Positions 57,571 to 64,000 of a stretch of DNA of 64,000 nucleotides are shown one piece after another. Each line of letters begins with the position of its first letter. The first letter of the stretch is position 1. This stretch comes from a virus. Taxonomy: Duplodnaviria; Caudoviricetes. The position numbers and the translations under genes are program-made. The notes below the pieces were generated by a model that saw only the letters and a list, made by a program, of their open reading frames with translations, was not told where the DNA came from and searched no databases. Location of the stretch: the IMG/VR virus record IMGVR_UViG_3300031993_000019, one strand, 5' to 3'.

Positions 57571-57678
57571 AGTCTTTTTCTCCTTTACTATATTTTATTT
57601 CACTTTATAATAAAACCGGGACTTCCCCGATGTTTATTCGAGTTTTGACGGGCTCCCCCGTGTTTTGCCAAATCAAAA

Positions 57679-58590
57679 TTACATACCGTTACTCTTAATC
57701 TTTTGTGCGAAAGAATCCGCATCAACAACGCCTTCAAGGAGATTACGTTCTTTCTTATACATCCAGTGATCAATAGTCTCTCCGTCTTTGAGCTTTACCA
57801 TGCCAGACATAAGTCCCTGCTTGGCAATTTTATACTCCGTAAGATCATTAGTGATTGATAACATTTGGTCGAATTTACGCATTGTTAAATCGTAGATTTT
57901 ATCCAAAGGATAACCAGTGGCGACAGAAAGACACATCATCTTTCTTTCTGTATTTGCAGTGCCCTTATCTTTCGATAGGATCTCTGCACGCTTCGCCTGA
58001 TCCTCTCGCAACTCTTTGCTGAGACCAGAGTCATCCTTATAGTCCGGTAGATTCTGTCTTAGGACGATCATTTTTAGCAATGTAAAATCGCTATTGGTAA
58101 CTTTATGTCCATCAATAACCAAAACCATACGCTTATTTTCGCCTTCCTCTTTTGTTAAAGAGGGCACAAGGTGCTCGCCTGGACAATTCGGACAAGTTCC
58201 AAGCTTGTCAGCATCTTCTTGCGTATTTATATTTTGCAACATCGCGATATATTCTGGATAGCTTATAAACTTACCACACTTATGACATTTAAACCCGGGT
58301 TCTACATGAAAGCACAATTTAATCAAGACAGAGAGTTTGTATGACCACATCGGACCATCTTTCTCATCATCTGTTTTGCTCAACATATATTCCAAGGGCG
58401 TCATTTTTAAACCTTTGATGTCGTCATTTTTGTTTAATAAAAAACAATCAACGACACGAAGAAATTCGTCGTGATCGCGCATTGTTACAGGATAAATTTT
58501 TAAGCCGCAAAAGGGGACCGGATCATCGTAGGTAAAATACCTTCGTTCGATATAGTCCAGTTCTGCTTTTTCTTTTCCGTTTAAAGGCAT
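57679..58590 (-). CDS. Conserved tail-region protein with a CxxC...CxxC insertion (possible tail chaperone)
   Basis: CHKC/CPNC, IYDLTMRKF, IDHWMY; start moved to ATG 58590. Confidence 0.6.
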   Translation of the reverse strand: MPLNGKEKAELDYIERRYFTYDDPVPFCGLKIYPVTMRDHDEFLRVVDCFLLNKNDDIKGLKMTPLEYMLSKTDDEKDGPMWSYKLSVLIKLCFHVEPGFKCHKCGKFISYPEYIAMLQNINTQEDADKLGTCPNCPGEHLVPSLTKEEGENKRMVLVIDGHKVTNSDFTLLKMIVLRQNLPDYKDDSGLSKELREDQAKRAEILSKDKGTANTERKMMCLSVATGYPLDKIYDLTMRKFDQMLSITNDLTEYKIAKQGLMSGMVKLKDGETIDHWMYKKERNLLEGVVDADSFAQKIKSNGM

Positions 58591-58591
58591 A

Positions 58592-59263
58592 TCAATAACC
58601 ACATCCCGGCGTTACAGAAGCACCGGACATCATCGTAGACAAAATGGTCATATGACCAAAAAACTTTTTCCCATTCCAAAGCGACATCTTAGCCCTAGAT
58701 TCTGATCCGGTCAACTGTGAGTTGAACTGCAAAGTACCAACCCCAGCAACAAAGGAACCATTAAGAGCCGACAAAACGCACTTTAAAAGCTCACTCGCTC
58801 TGCTCTTATAGATGATGATGGGTTCTCCATTTGGACCAAGCTCAGATGGGTTTGACTGCGAATTGTATGGCGAAGCATCCCCATAGATGTTGGAGATTTT
58901 ATTGTGAACAATTGTTTCAATACCAATGTTTACAGTAGAGACAATATGATTCTGAGGAACAACAGAGTAAACGTAAATATGAAGATGTGACGACTGAACG
59001 ACGTACGCGTCGTCAATATATGGCGACATATAAATACGTTCGTCGCTAGCGTCGCCGTTGTTTTTATACAATAGCGACATCTTTTCTTCGTACGAAAGAT
59101 TGTCTTTGTGAAGACAGTCCTCCGAATTATACTTTAAGATTTTAAAAAGATTTTCCGCGTATTTGTTTTCAGATTTGGCTAAAAAATCGATAATGCGAAA
59201 TTCAACACTATCGAGGTTTACGAATCGATTATATGCATTTTTATCAATGGCAACCGGTGTCAT
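58592..59263 (-). CDS. Tail terminator/completion protein-like
   Basis: Position; ...LNGSFVAGVGTLQF pattern. Confidence 0.5.
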   Translation of the reverse strand: MTPVAIDKNAYNRFVNLDSVEFRIIDFLAKSENKYAENLFKILKYNSEDCLHKDNLSYEEKMSLLYKNNGDASDERIYMSPYIDDAYVVQSSHLHIYVYSVVPQNHIVSTVNIGIETIVHNKISNIYGDASPYNSQSNPSELGPNGEPIIIYKSRASELLKCVLSALNGSFVAGVGTLQFNSQLTGSESRAKMSLWNGKKFFGHMTILSTMMSGASVTPGCGY

Positions 59264-59294
59264 TCTTTGGATCTCCTTTCATTTCACAACGCCG

Positions 59295-60422
59295 TTAAAA
59301 CGGACGCAAAGCAAAAGCGACCTCCAAAGAAGGACCGCTATTTCCATCAATAACAGACGTAAAAGTGATGATAGCCTTCCAGTCCATAGAAACTCTTTGA
59401 CGAGTAATCGTAAACGACCCGTCTTCGTTATCTACAACAGAACAATATTCAGAAGGCGCGGCAAGGTCAGATTTTTCTCCAACCAACCTACAAGTAGCCG
59501 AAAACTCTACATTCTGAACAACCACCCCGTTGTCTGTAACGGTTGGCACAAGACGAATTCCAGCAGACGGAATAATCTCTGGGATCGATTCCGGGGACGA
59601 AATAAACATCTCGTAATCGCCAGACTCCGTAGAAGGCTTTGGATCTGCCTCCTTACCATTGTACGCAATTCGGTTTTCCATGTCGTCGAGCTCACCAACC
59701 TGATCTATTGTAAGATAAATCTTATAGACGCCAATAGACGCCGGATCACTAGTTATACGTGAGTCAAAGTCATAGATATTCGTAACCTTATACGCACGGC
59801 CCTCTCCAAGAATGAAGCGCTCGTTAATGTAGTATTGCCGAGTATATTTGTTAGCCTGTACAATCAACATCATATTGCTATCAGGATCGATAGCCACCTC
59901 ACTATAATCAAACGCAGTAGAACTCAGCTTGTTGGGCTGAATCGCAGGTTCGTAGTGATAGCTTGTAGCACCATTCTCATCGACATATATCGACCCGATG
60001 GTGCCATTGCACCTACACACAACCTGCGAAGAGGTCGGCGTAAGCGTTGTATGGTTTAAACCGATCCATATATTCTTAGATGCATTTGGTTCGTTTGCAT
60101 CATAATCGTATGAAAACCGATATCGCCTACCAATTTTGTTATTCCGAAAGCAATCCCGGAAAACAAGACGATACCAGTCGTCGCTTATAACTTCCCCCTT
60201 ATCGTTTTTCACCGACTGAATAACAACCTCAAGCTCGGAATAGTTCTCTTCGCCAAACGTCATCTCTTCTTCGATTACTTTACGATTCGGTCTATATGGC
60301 CAATCCGCATCAACCTTCATCTGCATTGTGTTCAGATAGTAGTTGTCTTGCGTAAAATTGGGTGGGGTTTGGGAGTATAAATGATACGCATCCCTTTCTT
60401 TTGATATATCATAGAGGGGCAT
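59295..60422 (-). CDS. Head closure/neck protein-like with an Ig-like C-terminus
   Basis: Position; CRCNGTI; beta-rich C-terminal domain. Confidence 0.5.
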   Translation of the reverse strand: MPLYDISKERDAYHLYSQTPPNFTQDNYYLNTMQMKVDADWPYRPNRKVIEEEMTFGEENYSELEVVIQSVKNDKGEVISDDWYRLVFRDCFRNNKIGRRYRFSYDYDANEPNASKNIWIGLNHTTLTPTSSQVVCRCNGTIGSIYVDENGATSYHYEPAIQPNKLSSTAFDYSEVAIDPDSNMMLIVQANKYTRQYYINERFILGEGRAYKVTNIYDFDSRITSDPASIGVYKIYLTIDQVGELDDMENRIAYNGKEADPKPSTESGDYEMFISSPESIPEIIPSAGIRLVPTVTDNGVVVQNVEFSATCRLVGEKSDLAAPSEYCSVVDNEDGSFTITRQRVSMDWKAIITFTSVIDGNSGPSLEVAFALRPF

Positions 60423-60431
60423 GTGATCACC

Positions 60432-60761
60432 TCAATTCATACCATCAATAATGGACTTTACTATTCTTTCCATTTCGAAAACCTGCTTTTTTACAGACTT
60501 GCACGAAATAGAATTTACCTCGTCATAAATGCCTTTAAGCTTAACGAGAACCGGAGTCAGTTTGTTATCAAACCATCCGTTCGCAGCATTGATCTCCCAT
60601 ATTTGACCATAAATAAAAAACTCGGGCGAAAACCCGGTTGTTTTTCTTTCTTCAAACAAGTGTAACACCTTGTAAATCTTCCCGATTAGGGATACAAGAT
60701 ACTCCCTTTTTGCTTCTTTAGTAAGAGAAAACCCGTCAAACAAACATCTTTCATTATCCAT
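60432..60761 (-). CDS. Hypothetical protein
   Basis: Overlaps the upstream gene; KIYKVLHLFEE motif. Confidence 0.65.
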   Translation of the reverse strand: MDNERCLFDGFSLTKEAKREYLVSLIGKIYKVLHLFEERKTTGFSPEFFIYGQIWEINAANGWFDNKLTPVLVKLKGIYDEVNSISCKSVKKQVFEMERIVKSIIDGMN

Positions 60762-61449
60762 AGTAGGAACCTCCGTGATATTTTCTCGAACGAACGTCCC
60801 AGGCTAATTTGTTTGTTTGTGTGTCGAGTTCTTTTCTCAGCTGGGCAACCCACTCCGTTTTTGCACGGACCGAGTTTGCCGGCGAATACACCTTAAAGTC
60901 TGTATCGTTCAAATTATTTTTGATATCAAGCACGAAATCTCTTTCATTAGAAGCCCACGCCACAAGTAATGTGTGCGCGAGAATATCTTTTACTTTATAC
61001 GCGATTACAGAAGCAGATGTCGTTGGACTCTCTGCGGGTCTAAAATCGGTAGTGAAGGCACCAGCGTAATACCAAGACACCTTACAGTTTGTTCCTTCCG
61101 GAACATCTTCGGAAAACGTGACGACGCCATCTGAATATGTAGCAAACCGGTCATACGATTTCCCAACCATAAATGAAAAGTCCGACCCCTCCATCGGCTG
61201 AAAACCGGAAGACAAAGTATATGTCTTCCCGCCGTCTCCTACAAACGTTTCGACCTGTCCACTGGGTGGAATTTGGTCGACCAGTAAATACGCAATCTTT
61301 GTAGGATTCGTAAACTGATTAATACCATTTTCCAAATAAGGATACATGAGCCTTTCCCAGCGGACGGTGTCTTCAACATATGCCCTCTTAATTCTGGGGT
61401 CGTCAAAAAGGTTTATCGCTTTTTCATATACGTCCTTAAAGGGTAGCAT
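60754..61449 (-). CDS. Head-tail adaptor-like protein
   Basis: Position; FKDVYEK...DFKVYSPAN pattern. Confidence 0.55.
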   Translation of the reverse strand: MLPFKDVYEKAINLFDDPRIKRAYVEDTVRWERLMYPYLENGINQFTNPTKIAYLLVDQIPPSGQVETFVGDGGKTYTLSSGFQPMEGSDFSFMVGKSYDRFATYSDGVVTFSEDVPEGTNCKVSWYYAGAFTTDFRPAESPTTSASVIAYKVKDILAHTLLVAWASNERDFVLDIKNNLNDTDFKVYSPANSVRAKTEWVAQLRKELDTQTNKLAWDVRSRKYHGGSYYG

Positions 61450-61470
61450 AGACGACCCTCCTTTATCTTA

Positions 61471-62193
61471 TTACTTGTTGCCTTTTGCCGCGTTCACTTC
61501 ATCGCGCTCGCGGTCGAGGAGAACGTCAAACATGGCTCTCCCACTCAAGCGATTAAGCACATCGATCTTCGACGGATCCATAAAACGTGGGTCTTTCTCG
61601 ATGTTCTTACGCTTAAAATACTCAACCAGAAACGTTTTGTGACCATCACAAACCTTCTTATAAAGGTCTTCGAGCTGCAACGCGGACATTTCGGCCACGC
61701 TATTCAAAAAGTCTGGACCGATATATCCATAAGCATTCATGCTCTTAACGGAAAGTCTTTTGGCAAGATCTTCGTTGCCAGCGCCGAAGGAGATAATGCC
61801 TTCGTCGAACAGATAACGATATTTGCCGACAAGCTCTTCCGCCTGTCTGCGATCCAGTGTACGCTCTTCACCAAACGCGCTCATCGAAATATCGATCGTA
61901 GAAAGATGAATATACGTAGAAAGACCGGATGCACGCTGAATAAGGTGCACAATGCGCACCTCTTCGTTAAGCGAAGACTGCTCCATAACAGGAGCGGCCT
62001 GCTTATCTTTCGAATTAGCAACCATCTTCATAAGAGATGAAAGCTGACTCTGAAGTTCTGCATTCTGCTTCTCGAGGGCCGCGAGCTTTGCCTCGTATTC
62101 GGCCTTAACAGAAGTTGCAGGTTCCTTCGGCTGCGTTGCAGCCTTAGTAGAAGACGTAGTAGTCTTTTTGGTAGTATTAGTGGTGTTAGCCAT
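61471..62193 (-). CDS. Hypothetical protein downstream of the capsid gene (coiled-coil N-terminus)
   Basis: ORF with RBS. Confidence 0.7.
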   Translation of the reverse strand: MANTTNTTKKTTTSSTKAATQPKEPATSVKAEYEAKLAALEKQNAELQSQLSSLMKMVANSKDKQAAPVMEQSSLNEEVRIVHLIQRASGLSTYIHLSTIDISMSAFGEERTLDRRQAEELVGKYRYLFDEGIISFGAGNEDLAKRLSVKSMNAYGYIGPDFLNSVAEMSALQLEDLYKKVCDGHKTFLVEYFKRKNIEKDPRFMDPSKIDVLNRLSGRAMFDVLLDRERDEVNAAKGNK

Positions 62194-62239
62194 CTTTTAA
62201 ATCTCCTTTTATATCAACAATTATAGAATATGATCCTTA

Positions 62240-63322
62240 TTACAGGGTCATCGTACCGAACTTCGAACCAACGATCGCGGCGACGCCAACGCGCATCTGG
62301 ATGCGGATTCTGTAAGTACGGTCGGGCGTGTAGTCGGGAGCCTTCTCAACAACGGTCTGATCGCCTTCGTACACGATCTTGATCGGCTTGTCGCCGTACA
62401 CGGGCAGCATGTAAATCTTGTTGTCCGGCACAACGAAGTCAGCAGTGGTATTGACCGAGTTGAAGGCCAGAGCCTGATCAAGGCAGATCATACGGGTGCC
62501 AAGATACCGATCCAGGTAACCCTGATCAGCAATCTTCTGGCCGAGCCCATACTGCAGACCAGCGGTCGCAGGAATAACGCTATTCAGCGCAGCGAGAGTA
62601 CCAATCGCGAACACATCGGCGCCGCCAGCGGCCGCAGAAACCTTCTGAGCAAGACCGGACCAGTTCCCGTTGTTAAACCCGGACGCAGAATACGCAGCGC
62701 CGGCCTTGGTGGTAGCCGAGGTCATAGCGCCGACAACTTTCGCAAAGATATACGCCTCGAACGAACGAGCGGCACGCAGACCGAAATCGCCGAAATCGAA
62801 GACGCCAGCCGCAACAGCGTAGAAGTCGATCTCCGCAGCGATCTCGATAGGAGAAGCGTTGACGGTGATCTCATCATCGTGAATGGGCTGCAGGATGCCG
62901 CGGTTCACACCGGAGGCAATCTCGTTAACCTTGTAGAGCTCGTTGGAACGAACGATAAAGCGAGCAGTGTCGCCATAACCGATCTGACGAACTTCGGCAA
63001 AGAAACGAACAAAATCAAGGTTGGAAACCATCGGAAGGATGGGGTTGATGATCTGGGCAATGAACGCGTTGAAGTTCTCCTGAACGTCACTATTCTTAAT
63101 GACGCGAGGATCCTTCATGGCATCAAGGCCCTTGTCCTCGAACAGTTTCTCATAGCGGGTGCCAGAGAGCATATCTTTCGAGACAGAGTAGCACAGGTTC
63201 TTTTTTCTCTCATCGGCGTTTTCAAGAATTTTGCCTTCGAGCTGGGCGGCCGCAAACGCGACGGTCTCTTCAACATTGTCATTGAACGCCTCAGAACCAT
63301 GACGATAATTGAACATAGTCAT
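62240..63322 (-). CDS. Major capsid protein
   Basis: 360 aa, FAEVRQIGYGD E-loop-like segment, DNKIYMLP...KPIKIVYEG, strong codon bias, position. Confidence 0.8.
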   Translation of the reverse strand: MTMFNYRHGSEAFNDNVEETVAFAAAQLEGKILENADERKKNLCYSVSKDMLSGTRYEKLFEDKGLDAMKDPRVIKNSDVQENFNAFIAQIINPILPMVSNLDFVRFFAEVRQIGYGDTARFIVRSNELYKVNEIASGVNRGILQPIHDDEITVNASPIEIAAEIDFYAVAAGVFDFGDFGLRAARSFEAYIFAKVVGAMTSATTKAGAAYSASGFNNGNWSGLAQKVSAAAGGADVFAIGTLAALNSVIPATAGLQYGLGQKIADQGYLDRYLGTRMICLDQALAFNSVNTTADFVVPDNKIYMLPVYGDKPIKIVYEGDQTVVEKAPDYTPDRTYRIRIQMRVGVAAIVGSKFGTMTL

Positions 63323-63344
63323 ATCCGTTTACCTCCTTATTAAA

Positions 63345-63932
63345 TTAAAGCACTTCCACGAGGTACTTGTAGTCGCCAGAGGCCACGGTGGTACCAATGG
63401 TCATGGGGACAGCAGCACGAATCGCGATGTTGAGCCGACTGGCAGTGGTCGACGCAGCGGGCGTCAGAAGGACGCTGTTAGCAGTCAGGTTGGCATACTG
63501 ACCAACGGTAGGAGCAGACGCAAAGTTGCCCGACCCGAGCCAGAACATGTCACCTTTCTTGATCACACGATAACGAACAGGGTAGCCAGCCTCGACCTGC
63601 AGGTCGACGAGCTTGTTACCAATTTTGTAGTTGTTACCAGCAATAACACCGTTCGACACGGAGTCGATATCGATAACAACAACGTCGTCAGCGGTCAGAG
63701 CCGCGGACGCGGGGGCGTACGCATATTTCACATTCCAGTCCTTCATACCGGTATAAGCAGAACCGGTGTAGGTGGTATCGTCGGCGAGGCCGCCGAGCAC
63801 AACAAACGCGCCGTCAGAAACAGTTGCGGGGACAAACGCATTGTCAGTGCCCGTACCGAACTTGCAGGAACGCACATAGGCCTGAATGTCTTCGCACACC
63901 ATAGAGCCGACATCAAAAACTTTAGTAGCCAT
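63345..63932 (-). CDS. Capsid decoration/cement protein-like
   Basis: Directly upstream of the capsid gene, beta-rich, AGYPVRYRVIKKGD, same codon bias. Confidence 0.6.
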   Translation of the reverse strand: MATKVFDVGSMVCEDIQAYVRSCKFGTGTDNAFVPATVSDGAFVVLGGLADDTTYTGSAYTGMKDWNVKYAYAPASAALTADDVVVIDIDSVSNGVIAGNNYKIGNKLVDLQVEAGYPVRYRVIKKGDMFWLGSGNFASAPTVGQYANLTANSVLLTPAASTTASRLNIAIRAAVPMTIGTTVASGDYKYLVEVL

Positions 63933-63973
63933 AGTTTCAATTCTCCTTTATAAAAATTTGTTTTTTGTTATAT

Positions 63974-64000
63974 AAAAAAACCACCATAAATAAAATGGCG
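63974..64000 (-). terminator. Intrinsic terminator of the upstream gene (partly cut by the window edge)
   Basis: CGCCAT-TTTATTT-ATGGTGG followed by T7. Confidence 0.65.

Noticed and set aside
8800-63953. Long plus-strand ORFs such as 8800..9819, 15031..15918, 51130..51987, 56617..57261 and 63309..63953
   Set aside because: Each lies opposite a well-supported minus-strand gene and shows no recognisable motifs.
1-64000. Active stop-codon recoding
   Set aside because: Code 11 already gives intact, densely packed genes up to 3645 aa.

Overview
64-kb segment of a large tailed phage of Bacillota (probably Clostridia), with an SPbeta-like gene order. Every credible gene is on the minus strand. In transcription order (right to left) it holds: capsid decoration protein, major capsid, neck and tail genes; the major tail protein; two YadA-like fibre genes (one with a Hint domain); a LicD moron; three BspA-type leucine-rich-repeat (LRR) genes, one of them a second major tail protein copy fused to LRRs; a tyrosine recombinase; a 3645-aa tape measure protein; an HExxH membrane protein, RuvC-like resolvase, holin, a 2307-aa LRR tail protein and a baseplate hub. 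Below about 21 kb lies a sigmaA-driven replication/metabolism region: lipase, SSB-like protein, AAA ATPase, DnaB, primase, DnaE, HD protein, Cas4/AddB-like nuclease, intein-containing RecD2, ClpP, beta-CASP nuclease, two tRNAs, PncA, a PRPP-synthetase-like gene and a truncated homing-endonuclease-like ORF. The main observation is that the N-terminal ~2100 aa of the tape measure protein carry, in the expected order, motifs of a two-barrel (double-psi beta-barrel) RNA polymerase (RFP...DYDRD) followed by a PD-(D/E)xK nuclease. This suggests an injected RNAP-nuclease-tape-measure polyprotein. All calls come from reading motifs by eye; no searches were run.
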